A stretch of 64,000 nucleotides of DNA from Eubacteriales bacterium (lineage in GTDB: Bacteria; Bacillota; Clostridia; Lachnospirales; JAVBKL01): NCBI GenBank assembly GCA_031554055.1, contig JAVBKL010000008.1:49-64048 (forward strand). Direction: 5' to 3'. Each line of letters opens with the position of its first letter. The stretch's first letter is position 1. Both the position numbers and the translations under genes were made by a program. Shown here piece by piece: positions 37,470 through 47,883 of this stretch. The notes beneath the pieces were generated by a model. That model was not told the DNA's origin, did not search any database, and saw nothing but the letters and a program-made list of their open reading frames with translations.

Positions 37470-38831
37470 ATGAAACCAGATAAATTTAATTTGTCAGAGG
37501 GAAGCATTATTGATAAGCTTTTGTTTATTGCCCTACCGATTATGGGCACGCAGTTTATGCAAATGGCGTACAATCTTATCAATATGTTTTGGCTTGGAAG
37601 GGTTGGCAGTGAAGAAGTTGCCGCTTCCGGAACCGCCGGCATGTACCTTTGGCTTGCCATGGGCTTTGCTTTGTTTGGGCGAATGGGCGCCGAAATTGGC
37701 GTATCCCAAAACGTTGGGCGGGGTGACCGCAATGAAGCAATGAAATATTCCGAAACCGCCATTTTGATGGCGATGGTACTTGGCACAATTTTTGCAGCCG
37801 CCATGATTATTTTCAAAGAACCACTCATCGGGTACTTTAACATTAGGGAAGAATCCGTCAGGCTTATGTCAGAAAATTATTTGATGGTTGTGAGCTTGGG
37901 CATTCCGCTGTCGTTTGCTGTCTTTGCCGTCACAGGAAGTTTTAATGCCGCCGGAAACGCTAAGGTGCCGTTTTTAATCAATAGCGTTGGGCTCGTTCTC
38001 AATATCGTACTTGACCCGCTTCTCATTTTTGTTTTGGATTATGGCATTCAAGGTGCTGCTTGGGCAACTGTTATTTCGCAGTCAGTGGTATTCGCTTTGT
38101 CAATGTATGCAATAAGATATGCCAAACAACGTCCGTTTGATCACTTTAGAATTTTCACTATGGTATACATAGCCCGCATCAAACAAATTATTACATGGGC
38201 TTCGCCTATTTGCGTCGAAAGCTTGTTGTTTACATTTTTGAGCATGATCATCTCAAGGCATATTGCAGACTGGGGTGCCGATGCCCTTGCTGTTTCTCGT
38301 GTCGGCTCTCAAATCGAATCGCTTTCGTGGCTCATTTGCGGTGGTTTTGCAACTGCCGTTACCGCTTTTGTTGGGCAAAACTACGGAGCCAAAAAATGGG
38401 GACGCATCCACCGCTGTTTTAATTTGAGCTTGCTCTCCATGGGTGTTTGGGGTGTTTTGGTTACGCTCACCATGTATTTCGGTGCGGAACCGCTGTTTGC
38501 CGCATTCTTACCCGAAGAAAGCGTTGTGGCTCTCGGCGGAGATTACATGCGAATCCTTGCTACGGCACAACTCTTTATGTGTATCGAGTTTACCGTTGCT
38601 GGCTCGTTTAGGGGCATGGGTAAAACTTTGCCGCCGTCCATTGCAAGTGTTGTGTCAAACGCAATCCGTGTTGGAATCGTCTATTACTTGAGTTCGACAG
38701 ACCTTGGGTTAAACGGAATTTGGTGGGGCATTACCATCGGCTGTTATATGCGTGGCGTTTGGATACTGGTTTGGTACTTACTGCACATAAGAAAAATCCC
38801 AAAAGAGGACGAAGTAATTGTGAACGTGTAA
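37470..38831 (+). CDS. MATE family efflux transporter
   Basis: 453 aa with 12 TM helices. LPIMGTQFMQMAYNLINMFWLGRVG is a typical MATE N-terminus. Confidence 0.85.
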   Translation: MKPDKFNLSEGSIIDKLLFIALPIMGTQFMQMAYNLINMFWLGRVGSEEVAASGTAGMYLWLAMGFALFGRMGAEIGVSQNVGRGDRNEAMKYSETAILMAMVLGTIFAAAMIIFKEPLIGYFNIREESVRLMSENYLMVVSLGIPLSFAVFAVTGSFNAAGNAKVPFLINSVGLVLNIVLDPLLIFVLDYGIQGAAWATVISQSVVFALSMYAIRYAKQRPFDHFRIFTMVYIARIKQIITWASPICVESLLFTFLSMIISRHIADWGADALAVSRVGSQIESLSWLICGGFATAVTAFVGQNYGAKKWGRIHRCFNLSLLSMGVWGVLVTLTMYFGAEPLFAAFLPEESVVALGGDYMRILATAQLFMCIEFTVAGSFRGMGKTLPPSIASVVSNAIRVGIVYYLSSTDLGLNGIWWGITIGCYMRGVWILVWYLLHIRKIPKEDEVIVNV

Positions 38832-38844
38832 AGATATACATATC

Positions 38845-38885
38845 AAAGGACTGCGACAAATTTACCTGTCGCAGTCCTTTTTTTA
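38845..38885. terminator. bidirectional terminator (MATE / aldolase)
   Basis: A perfect 14-bp stem, AAAGGACTGCGACA / TGTCGCAGTCCTTT, followed by TTTTT. Confidence 0.8.
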
Positions 38886-39740
38886 GTATCTATTATTGGA
38901 TTTAAAAAGTTCCATCTTGCGAATGGTTGTATACTCAACTGCACTTACGATGGACGGAATCAATTCCGTAAACCCTTTGTCAACCGACGAACAATTGTCA
39001 ATCGCTGCTCTTGCTGCCGCAACATTGATGTCCGTAAAAATATTTACTTTGCTGATTCCGCATTCGATTGCTCTTGAAAAATCTGTGTCCGATAACCCCG
39101 AACCGCCGTGTAACACAAGCGGAATATTGATCAACTCTGAAATTATTTTAATTCGTTCGAAGTCGAGCTTTGGCGGAAGCTTATACGCTCCGTGTGCCGA
39201 ACCGACTGCAATTGCCAGTGCGTCAACGCCTGTTTTGTCAACAAAGTCTTTGGCTTGCTTTGGGTCTGTATAAAACTGCGTTGGGTCAGATAAATGGCTA
39301 CTTCCCTCGTGCGAGCCTTCGTTGTCGCCTACGTGACCTAGTTCCGCCTCAATGGTCGCCCCAAACGAATGTGCAATGTCTGCCATCTCTTTTGCTTTTC
39401 TCACGTTTTCTTCATATGAGTCGGTTGAGCAGTCATACATGATGGACGTAAACCCAAGTTCTAATGCTTTTAAGCAAGTCTCTTTTTTTAAACCATGATC
39501 CAAGTGCAATACAATCGGCACACTTGCTTTTTTTGCCATTGGCAATAAAAAGTATGATAGTTCCTCAAGTGGCCCAACAGGAAGTAACACTTCGGCACTG
39601 CCTAAAATTACCGCAGACTTTGCTTTTTCTGCTGCAGCAATTACGCCCCTTGCAAATTCTAAGTTTACCGTGTTAAAAAGTCCCACTGCATATTTATTTT
39701 TACGTGCGGGTAAAAGCACTTCGTTCATATTCACCAACAT
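38883..39740 (-). CDS. class II ketose-bisphosphate aldolase (fructose/tagatose-1,6-bisphosphate aldolase family)
   Basis: YAVGLFN, PIVLHLDHG, AELGHVG, GSAHGAYK and LVLHGGSG. An AGGTGA SD lies before ATG 39740; the track start is 39776. Confidence 0.85.
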   Translation of the reverse strand: MLVNMNEVLLPARKNKYAVGLFNTVNLEFARGVIAAAEKAKSAVILGSAEVLLPVGPLEELSYFLLPMAKKASVPIVLHLDHGLKKETCLKALELGFTSIMYDCSTDSYEENVRKAKEMADIAHSFGATIEAELGHVGDNEGSHEGSSHLSDPTQFYTDPKQAKDFVDKTGVDALAIAVGSAHGAYKLPPKLDFERIKIISELINIPLVLHGGSGLSDTDFSRAIECGISKVNIFTDINVAAARAAIDNCSSVDKGFTELIPSIVSAVEYTTIRKMELFKSNNRY

Positions 39741-39760
39741 AGTATCACCTGTCCCTTTTT

Positions 39761-40831
39761 CTATTGTTTTTTCCATCCACTGTCAATTTTTTGTTTCAGC
39801 TCTTCAAGCGAAATCAATCCGCTTAATGCGTCATATGCCGCTACGCATAATGCACCTGTTCCCGTTGAAAGTTTCATGCTGTCTGCAAGTGAATAGCCTT
39901 TGATTGCTGCACTCAAAAAAGCCGCAATGCTTGTGTCACCAGCCCCTGTTGCCGATAAAACTTTTTCGGGAACATAGCTTGGCTCAAAACCTTCTTGGTC
40001 ACACCACTCGTCCAAACGGATTCCTAAACTTGCTTCCAGTTCCACCAATTTATTTTTACTTGCTGTTCTGTAATAAATACCTTTTGCTCCGCATTTGATG
40101 AGCATTACCTTTACGCCAAGCTCCAAGCAAAAATCAGAAATCGGCTGCAAATCTTTTTCAAAGTCAACAGGTTCTGTTTGGTTTAACATAAAGAGAAGTT
40201 CTTCCAGACTCGGCACAAATATATCGACATGCGGCAGCACAAGTTTTAAAATGCTTTTCCAATCCGCTTGGCCTGCTTCAGAATTGGCATCCACTGACGA
40301 TAAATCAAGAGAGGTAATCGCTCTCGACTCTTTCACTTTTTTGAATAGCTTTACAAGTTCTTGACCCGAATGCTCGTACATCTTTTTCATGACAGGTGGA
40401 TAACCAAAATGAAACAAGCTTGTGTTGTTTAACATTTCTTGAGAAACGTCGTCTGCTGAAAAACTGTCGTTTGCCCCCGAGTTATGCAAAAAAATCCGAT
40501 CAAAGCTTGGCACAGCCACAACAACCGTGTATGACGTTGACTCTTTATCTGACACAATCAAGTCACCGCCTGCACCCTGCTCCGCCAAAATTTTTTCAAC
40601 CATTCCGCCGAAAGCGTCGTTCCCTATTTTCCCCACAAGAGAAACGTCTATGCCAAATTTCTTCATGGCAAGCCCTGTGTTTGCAACTGCACCACCTGTA
40701 TGCACAGAAGCCGCACCAATTTTTATGAGTTTGCTTGGCACCAGTAATTCGCCTATGTTTGTTATTTTTTGCTCTGGGAAAATCGGCGTTATGTCAATAC
40801 AAATATGCCCCGCTACAATTACTTTTTTCAT
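39761..40831 (-). CDS. PfkB-family carbohydrate kinase
   Basis: VAGHICIDI, GGAVANTG and the C-terminal TGAGDTSIAAF anion-hole motif. Confidence 0.8.
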   Translation of the reverse strand: MKKVIVAGHICIDITPIFPEQKITNIGELLVPSKLIKIGAASVHTGGAVANTGLAMKKFGIDVSLVGKIGNDAFGGMVEKILAEQGAGGDLIVSDKESTSYTVVVAVPSFDRIFLHNSGANDSFSADDVSQEMLNNTSLFHFGYPPVMKKMYEHSGQELVKLFKKVKESRAITSLDLSSVDANSEAGQADWKSILKLVLPHVDIFVPSLEELLFMLNQTEPVDFEKDLQPISDFCLELGVKVMLIKCGAKGIYYRTASKNKLVELEASLGIRLDEWCDQEGFEPSYVPEKVLSATGAGDTSIAAFLSAAIKGYSLADSMKLSTGTGALCVAAYDALSGLISLEELKQKIDSGWKKQ

Positions 40832-41029
40832 ACCAACCCTCATTTCTTACTTTTTCTTTGAACCACTCCCCTTCATTCATTATACCCAAAGAAAATCTGA
40901 TATTCAATATCTGGCAACCGATTTCAAAAAAAATAAAAAGGCACTAGCATATATCAATTAAGTTGTAGTATAATTGTGTGACTTGAACACAAAGCTAAAT
41001 AAAAAACACAAAAAAGAGGATGAGAGCGC

Positions 41030-41935
41030 ATGAAAAAAGCATTATTGATTTTAGCAGCAACGGTAACTCTGGTACTGAGTGGTTGTGCAAAAGACAAGGA
41101 AAGCTCCGTGATAAGAATAGGCGTTATGCCAGACGTTGCAACCATGCCGTATTGCTTGGCACTTGAGAACGGCTATTTCAAAGAAGAAGGCATCGACGTG
41201 CAAATTCAATATTTTAAAAGTGCGCAAGACCGAGAAAGTGCTCTCCAAGCAAACCAACTTGATGGAATTTCTTCTGACCTCGTCAATCTTTTTTTGCTCA
41301 AGAAAAATGGAATGGATTATAGGGCTTTAAGCACCACCTACGGCATGTTTAAAATAGTTGGAAACCAAGATGTTTCTGGCATCGAAGGACTTAGCGGCAA
41401 AAAAATTGGCTTGTCCACAAACACAATGATGGAATACATCGTTGACAGCGTGCTCGAAGAAAAAGGCGTACCCGGCGTTGAAAAAGTAAACATTCCAGCC
41501 ATCCCTGCAAGACTTGAAATGATTAACTCCAATCAAATTGATGCGGCCATTATGCCAGAGCCTTTTGCAACAACAGCAATCAATGCGGCTCAAAAAGAGT
41601 TGCTTGACATGACAGACACAGATCTTCGCTCGACCATATTTTTGTTCTCAAACGAGTTTGCACAATCACACAAAGACGAGCTAAAGAAATTTAGCAAAGC
41701 GGTTGATCGTGCCATTGATTATATCAATGAAACCGACAAAAGCGTATATGTTGACATTATCACAGAAAAAGTTGGCGTTCAAAAAGAGGGACTTCTTGCA
41801 ACCGACCTTGGCACATTTCCAAAACCACAATTGCCTGACCGTGCAAACGTTGAACGTGCAAACGCTTGGCTTATATCAAAAGGGAACATTGACAAAACAA
41901 TTCCATATGAAGAAACCATTTTGGATTTAAAGTAA
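41030..41935 (+). CDS. NMT1/THI5-SsuA-like substrate-binding lipoprotein with no adjacent permease or ATPase
   Basis: Lipobox LSGCAKD, then IRIGVMPDVATMPYCLALENGYFKEEGIDV and DAAIMPEPFAT. Confidence 0.7.
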   Translation: MKKALLILAATVTLVLSGCAKDKESSVIRIGVMPDVATMPYCLALENGYFKEEGIDVQIQYFKSAQDRESALQANQLDGISSDLVNLFLLKKNGMDYRALSTTYGMFKIVGNQDVSGIEGLSGKKIGLSTNTMMEYIVDSVLEEKGVPGVEKVNIPAIPARLEMINSNQIDAAIMPEPFATTAINAAQKELLDMTDTDLRSTIFLFSNEFAQSHKDELKKFSKAVDRAIDYINETDKSVYVDIITEKVGVQKEGLLATDLGTFPKPQLPDRANVERANAWLISKGNIDKTIPYEETILDLK

Positions 41936-41960
41936 AATGCTTGCATGAAAGCGGGATATT

Positions 41961-43790
41961 ATGAGATATTTTAACGAGAAAAAAGTCGAGCTTTTGGCAC
42001 CTTGCGGAACATTTGATATTTTTAAAAATTTGCTTGATAGCGGTGCCGACGCTTTTTATTTGGGTGGAAAAATTCTCAACATGAGATTACACCGCAAAGA
42101 TTATAATTTTACAAACGAAGAGCTCAAAGAATCTGTTTCGCTTGCACATGAGCATGATAAATTAATTTATGTAACCGTCAACAATTTATTTAATCATAAT
42201 GATGTTGCCATGGCTCACGAGTTTTTGCAGTTCTTAGACGAAATAAAAGTCGATGCCATTTTAATTCAGGACTTTAGCGTGTTTGAAATTGTAAAAAAGC
42301 TTGGGCTTACCATGCCGCTTCACTCCTCTGTTATGATGAATGTGCATAATGCCGATACGATTCGAGTTTTACAAGAACTTGGCATCAGTCGAGTTGTTGC
42401 TTCTCGTGAAATGTCACTTTCAGAAATTGCAAGACTCCATGCCGAGACGAACATGGAGTTTGAATATTTTGCTCATGGGGATATGTGTGTGGCTCATGGT
42501 TCGCAGTGCAATTATAGCGGCATGATATTTGGAAAAAGCAGCAACCGTGGCATGTGCATGAAGCCTTGCCGCTGGAACTTCTCCATTTTGCAAAACGATA
42601 AGTTGTACCCCACAAGCTATCCTTTGGCAGTCAAAGATATGTGTATGTACTCCTATATTCCCGAAATGATTGAGTCACACGTGACTTCCTTTAAAATTGA
42701 GGGGCGTATGCGTGACACCGAATATTTAAAACGCTTAATCGGACAATACGCAACACAAATCGAGAGCTATATAAACGAGCCGCAAAGTTTTGACAGGCTT
42801 GATGGCTATGACGATATTTTCGAAAACAGAAAACGTGATTTATCAAGCGGCTATGCCTTTGGACGACCAGGGCTTAGCAACATCAATCAGCGTTTTGAAG
42901 GCACAGGCGTTTTTTATTCTACAGGAAAAGTATTTAGCAATCCGATAGAAGAAATCGAAGCCACACCCGAAAGATATGCGGAAATCAAAACATTGGTGAA
43001 CCGTCCCTCCACTGATACAAAAATCAGTGTGGCGGTTAACAACCTCGAGCAAGCCAAAATTGCAATGGATGAAAACGTTGACGCAATTTATTTAAGTGGC
43101 GAAGTTTTTTTACCAGATCTTCCTTTTAAAATTGACCAAATAAAGCAACTGATTCAAACCAAAAACAACTCAAAGATTTATTTAAGAACGCCACGTATGA
43201 TGTTCGGAATTGATTTTAGCGAGTTTCACCACATACTAAAAACTTTAGCAGACGACCTAGACGGACTTGTTGTTTCAAACCTTGGCGCTGTTCATGCTTT
43301 TGGCAAATATAATCTTGAACTTATCGGCGATTACAGTTTAAACATTTATAATTCGCTTGCGGCGAGTTTTTATGCCAGCAAGAATGTAAAACGTTTGACC
43401 ATCTCGCCTGAGCTTAGTGCCAATGACGCCGCTTTGCTCATACAAAACACGCCAACAGAACTTGAAATCATTGTTCATGGCAGACCTGTGGTGATGTATC
43501 TTGAACATGATTTATTTGAGAACATCGAAAATAAAAACGAGCCGATTAAGCTCATAGATGACAAAGGTAACGCACACCCTGTTTATAGAGATTTTCGTGG
43601 ACGCAACCATTTGACACTCACAAAAGAAATATGTCTGTTGCCGATTGCTTCCCATCTTGGGGTTTCCCACTTGCGAATCGAGGGGCAGACCTATGGCAAT
43701 TTAGAACTAAAAAATATTATTCGTGCCTACCAAGGAAAAGAAAAGCTTGACAAAGAAGACGGTTTTACTCTTGGTGGATTACAGTTTTAG
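41961..43790 (+). CDS. peptidase U32 family protein (long form) with a 4-Cys Fe-S-type motif
   Basis: VELLAPCG...DAFYLGG...IYVTVNN...AILIQD, then HGDMCVAHGSQCNYSGMIFGKSSNRGMCMKPCRW, which is C-x6-C-x15-C-x3-C. Confidence 0.8.
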   Translation: MRYFNEKKVELLAPCGTFDIFKNLLDSGADAFYLGGKILNMRLHRKDYNFTNEELKESVSLAHEHDKLIYVTVNNLFNHNDVAMAHEFLQFLDEIKVDAILIQDFSVFEIVKKLGLTMPLHSSVMMNVHNADTIRVLQELGISRVVASREMSLSEIARLHAETNMEFEYFAHGDMCVAHGSQCNYSGMIFGKSSNRGMCMKPCRWNFSILQNDKLYPTSYPLAVKDMCMYSYIPEMIESHVTSFKIEGRMRDTEYLKRLIGQYATQIESYINEPQSFDRLDGYDDIFENRKRDLSSGYAFGRPGLSNINQRFEGTGVFYSTGKVFSNPIEEIEATPERYAEIKTLVNRPSTDTKISVAVNNLEQAKIAMDENVDAIYLSGEVFLPDLPFKIDQIKQLIQTKNNSKIYLRTPRMMFGIDFSEFHHILKTLADDLDGLVVSNLGAVHAFGKYNLELIGDYSLNIYNSLAASFYASKNVKRLTISPELSANDAALLIQNTPTELEIIVHGRPVVMYLEHDLFENIENKNEPIKLIDDKGNAHPVYRDFRGRNHLTLTKEICLLPIASHLGVSHLRIEGQTYGNLELKNIIRAYQGKEKLDKEDGFTLGGLQF

Positions 43791-43817
43791 GGGTTTGTTA
43801 AAGAAAGAAGGGTTCTT

Positions 43818-45035
43818 ATGTACTTGGGTGCATCTGAGATAATTGATAAAAAGAGAGCGTATATGATTCCATGCTCTTATCATTTTTATAAAAATCCGCC
43901 GCAACTTGTAAAAGGCGAAATGCAATTTTTGTTTGACTCAACAGGCAAGAAATATCTGGATTTTTTTGCCGGTGTTTCTGTCATGAGCTGCGGTCACGCA
44001 AACCCAGCGATTATAGAAAAAACAATTGAACAGTTAAAAACTTTACAACACACCACTTCCATTTATTTAACTGAACCAATTGTGTTGCTCGCCGAGAAAC
44101 TTGCTGGTTTTTTCCCCGAGGGAATCTGCCGCAGCTTTTTCTGCAACTCTGGCTCGGAGGCAAATGAAGGTGCCATTTTAACTGCTAGACTTTATACCAA
44201 AAGAAGTGGTATAATCGGATTAAAGAACGGCTTGCATGGACGCACCCATCTTACCATGGGTGTTACAGGAATTGAGATGTGGCGAACTTCGCCCACTCCC
44301 TGTGAGGATACCTATATCGTTGAAAATTACTTTCCAAACGAAGAACAGTGTTTATCAGAAATTGAGCAATTCATTCTTAAAGGAAATATTGCCGCCGTGA
44401 TCGCTGAACCGATGCAAGGCAATGGCGGAATGATTGTTCCAAGCGTGGACTTCTTTAAAAAACTGGTAGCAATACTCAAACCACACGGCGTTTTACTGAT
44501 TGCCGATGAAATTCAGACAGGGTTTGGCCGAACTGGAAAAATGTTTGCAATTGAGCATTTTGGTGTAACGCCAGATATTATTACCACCGCAAAAGCTCTT
44601 GGCAATGGTATGCCCATTTCATGCTTTGCAACAACCGACGCAATCGGCAAAGTTTTTACAAACCCATCTGCTTCAACCTTTGGTGGAAACCCTGTTTCTT
44701 CTGTTACTGCACTTGCAGTTTTGCAGTTTATTCAAGAAAACAATTTGATTGTGCGTGCGAACACGCTTGGTACCTACTTGCGTGAGCGACTTATGGATTT
44801 AAAAAATAAAACCGAACAAATCGTATCACTGCGTGGGCTTGGGCTTATGCAAGGCATTGAGCTGAAATCGCCTGAAATAACGGATATTGTACTGGAAGAA
44901 ATGATGGAACGAGGAATCATCGTTGGCAAAAACGGCATTACCCGAAATGTACTTGCTATGCAACCGCCGCTTATCATTGAAAAGAGCGACATTGATTTTT
45001 TTGTTGATAATTTGGAGCAAGTGATTTGTAAGTAG
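43818..45035 (+). CDS. class III (omega-type) PLP aminotransferase
   Basis: FCNSGSEANEGA, LIADEIQTGFGRTG, ITTAKALGNG (Schiff-base Lys) and STFGGNP. Confidence 0.85.
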   Translation: MYLGASEIIDKKRAYMIPCSYHFYKNPPQLVKGEMQFLFDSTGKKYLDFFAGVSVMSCGHANPAIIEKTIEQLKTLQHTTSIYLTEPIVLLAEKLAGFFPEGICRSFFCNSGSEANEGAILTARLYTKRSGIIGLKNGLHGRTHLTMGVTGIEMWRTSPTPCEDTYIVENYFPNEEQCLSEIEQFILKGNIAAVIAEPMQGNGGMIVPSVDFFKKLVAILKPHGVLLIADEIQTGFGRTGKMFAIEHFGVTPDIITTAKALGNGMPISCFATTDAIGKVFTNPSASTFGGNPVSSVTALAVLQFIQENNLIVRANTLGTYLRERLMDLKNKTEQIVSLRGLGLMQGIELKSPEITDIVLEEMMERGIIVGKNGITRNVLAMQPPLIIEKSDIDFFVDNLEQVICK

Positions 45036-45058
45036 CTATCGCTGTAAGGAGGGATAAC

Positions 45059-47836
45059 TTGAAAAAAACAAAGGCGTTCGCTTTGTTATATGAGAAGCTT
45101 GATATTTTTAATAAAGTTGTGCTCTCTTTAATTGCAATTTCAATCGTCATACTTTTGTCTCTTTATTTTTTGTTTATGAAACCAAACCTTGAGCAACTGG
45201 AGTTTAACGAGACCGAGGAGCAAGCTTGGAGTTGTATTCAACTCGGGAGATTGCTCATTGCGTCGCAAAACTATATGCCGGGCGTTACCAAAGACTGGTC
45301 GGTTTGGGACGATACGTACCAATTTGTGGTCGGCGAGAACCCTACGTATGAAAAAGAAAACTTTGCTGTCTCACCGCTTTCTTTGTTTGACCAAAGTTTT
45401 TTATTTATTTCCGACAACAATGACAAGATTGTGAGCCAGACCTACCGTGATATAAATAGCGGTGAGTTTACTGACCCTCCTGTTGATTTCTTACCGCTCA
45501 TTAAAAGACTTCGAACTTTTATGTCAGAAAATACGAACCATGAATTTGTAAAAAGTGGTTTTATTGAATATAATGGTACTTTTTATTTTATAAGTTCTGC
45601 GCCCATATTAAAGTCGGACGAAACTGGCCCGACTGTGGGTATGCTTACTTTTGGAAAAGAAATTACACCCCAAAGCTTGATGGAACTTGCTAACAAATAC
45701 AACATTGAATGTATTGAACTCAAAGCCACCACACTTGAGAGCTTGACATTGAACCCAAGTGAACTAGAAACACTCAAAGAAGCTAATATTTTTGTTAAAC
45801 TTGATGAAACAAACAAGCATGGTTTGGCTTATCGGCTTGCTGCCGATATTTTTGGAAACCATAAAATAGTTCTTACCGCAACCAATCAGATAAACGATTA
45901 CCTAGATGTGAAACATCGGTATAACACATTGTTTGTTATGGGAATCATGGCTACGTTGTTTGCTTTTTTCGTGCTATACTTAGGTGTTCGCCAAATTGTT
46001 TTGTTGCCTGTAAGAAAATTAACCAAACAAGTGGAGCAAGTTCATTTAAAAGAACAAGACGGTATCCGTGCAGACGATTTTAGCGGTAAGGAGTTTCATT
46101 ACCTCGCCGAGTCCATATCAAACCTACTGGAGACAATTGAAAAGAATAACAATAAAATTATGCAATCCAATAATTCATTGAGAGTTTATTCACAGGCGGT
46201 TGAGTCTGCTAATAACGAAATTATAATTATGTCATCGGAAGGTATTGTGGAGTATGTCAACTCCATTACCGACAGGCGTTCTCCCTTTGGTGTTGGTTCA
46301 TACATCGGTAAACACGCCTCGGAGTGTATCTCCCCAGTTTATGGAGACCAACTTTCGCAAGCATTAGTTGTTTTACAGGCAGGCGAACCTTATCGTGCAG
46401 AAATCGTGTTGCCTAGAAAAGGTGGATATAGTACCATCTGTGAAGTTTCACTTTCGGCAATCAAAAGCAGTACTGGTAAATATGAACACTTTGTTGCCAT
46501 TGTCCGTGACATAGACGAGCAGAAAAAGTTTGAAGAAAAGCTTTTGAATACCACTCGTCATGACTTACTTACCAATCTTCCAAACCGAGGATATTTTGCC
46601 GAGCTTTTTGCCGAGCGAGTTTTATCCTTACAGCCAGAAACTCCTTACTTATGCGTATTGTTTATTGACGTGGATGATTTTAAATATGTGAACGATTCGT
46701 ATGGCCACGACTCTGGTGACATACTCATTTGTGAAATTGCAAGTCGTATGCAAAATAGGTTGCCCGAAAACTGTGTTGTATCAAGGGCAAGCGGTGATGA
46801 GTTTTATGTTTTGGCAGACATGCGAGATGCTGAAGCCGTACAAGAGATTGCTTCTTTGATGTTTGAACTTTTTGAAGAACCATTTGCTGTGAACAATCAT
46901 TTATTAACCGTGAGTGTGTCCATTGGCTCAAGCGTTTATCCAACCGATTCAACCGACCTTCGTGCATTACTCAAGAACGCTGATATGGCAATGTATGTTG
47001 CAAAATCTTTAAGCCATTCAAATGGGTATTGTGCATTCACAAGCCAGATTGAACACGACTTAATGAAACGCCTTTCAATGGTAAACAAACTGCGGGATTC
47101 AATCGCTCAATGCATGGACGAATTTGTTGCAAACTATCAACCAAAACTCGACCCGCTAACAAATGAAGTGGTGGGTTGCGAAGCTCTTTTGCGGTGGCAT
47201 TCCCCTGATGGAAATGTTTCGCCTGTGGAATTTATTCCTGTTGCAGAATCAAATGGACTCATTTGGGAACTTAGCCGCCATATCCTCATGCGATCCACTA
47301 AATTTCAAAAAGAACTTGAGAGCCTTGGCTTTTGCATGAAGATGTCCGTAAATATGTCTCCTCAAGTTATGCTTCGTTCAGATTTTATGAACATGATTGA
47401 TGAAGCCATAAGAGAATCAAACATAAATTCCTCCATGCTTGACATTGAAATTACAGAAGAGACTCTCGCAAGCGATGTTGTTCGTCTTGAGAAAGTGATA
47501 AAAGAACTGCACGCAAGAAAAATCACTGTAACGATTGATGATTTTGGAACTGGCTATTCTTCCATTGGATATTTTAAGCAGTTTAAATTAAACGGGCTTA
47601 AAATTGACAAGAAATTTATAGACCACTTGCCGCAAAACTTAGATTCAGTTGCAATTGTTGATGCGGTTTGGGCGATGGCTCGTGCCATGAATTTGACCGT
47701 GACCGCTGAGGGTGTCGAGACAAAAGAGCAGTTTGATTATTTAAAAGAAATGAAAATACAAGAAATTCAAGGCTATTATGTAAGCAAGCCTTTATCTACC
47801 AATGATTTTATTGAGTTTATGAAGAAGCAATCCTAA
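45059..47836 (+). CDS. CHASE4-PAS-GGDEF-EAL membrane signalling protein
   Basis: The CHASE4-like part is TKDWSVWDDTYQFV. A TM and a PAS domain follow. The GGDEF domain has SGDEF at the A-site (LPNRGYF, IDVDDFKYVNDSYGH). The EAL domain has CEALLRW, DDFGTGYSS, KIDKKF and EGVET. The start is TTG 45059 after TAAGGAGG. Confidence 0.85.
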   Translation: MKKTKAFALLYEKLDIFNKVVLSLIAISIVILLSLYFLFMKPNLEQLEFNETEEQAWSCIQLGRLLIASQNYMPGVTKDWSVWDDTYQFVVGENPTYEKENFAVSPLSLFDQSFLFISDNNDKIVSQTYRDINSGEFTDPPVDFLPLIKRLRTFMSENTNHEFVKSGFIEYNGTFYFISSAPILKSDETGPTVGMLTFGKEITPQSLMELANKYNIECIELKATTLESLTLNPSELETLKEANIFVKLDETNKHGLAYRLAADIFGNHKIVLTATNQINDYLDVKHRYNTLFVMGIMATLFAFFVLYLGVRQIVLLPVRKLTKQVEQVHLKEQDGIRADDFSGKEFHYLAESISNLLETIEKNNNKIMQSNNSLRVYSQAVESANNEIIIMSSEGIVEYVNSITDRRSPFGVGSYIGKHASECISPVYGDQLSQALVVLQAGEPYRAEIVLPRKGGYSTICEVSLSAIKSSTGKYEHFVAIVRDIDEQKKFEEKLLNTTRHDLLTNLPNRGYFAELFAERVLSLQPETPYLCVLFIDVDDFKYVNDSYGHDSGDILICEIASRMQNRLPENCVVSRASGDEFYVLADMRDAEAVQEIASLMFELFEEPFAVNNHLLTVSVSIGSSVYPTDSTDLRALLKNADMAMYVAKSLSHSNGYCAFTSQIEHDLMKRLSMVNKLRDSIAQCMDEFVANYQPKLDPLTNEVVGCEALLRWHSPDGNVSPVEFIPVAESNGLIWELSRHILMRSTKFQKELESLGFCMKMSVNMSPQVMLRSDFMNMIDEAIRESNINSSMLDIEITEETLASDVVRLEKVIKELHARKITVTIDDFGTGYSSIGYFKQFKLNGLKIDKKFIDHLPQNLDSVAIVDAVWAMARAMNLTVTAEGVETKEQFDYLKEMKIQEIQGYYVSKPLSTNDFIEFMKKQS

Positions 47837-47876
47837 AAAAACGCCGATTTGCATTTACTGCATAGTCGGCGTTTTT
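47836..47876. terminator. bidirectional terminator (CHASE4 gene / kinase gene)
   Basis: AAAAACGCCGA-loop-TCGGCGTTTTT. Confidence 0.75.
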
Positions 47877-47883
47877 AGTTTAT

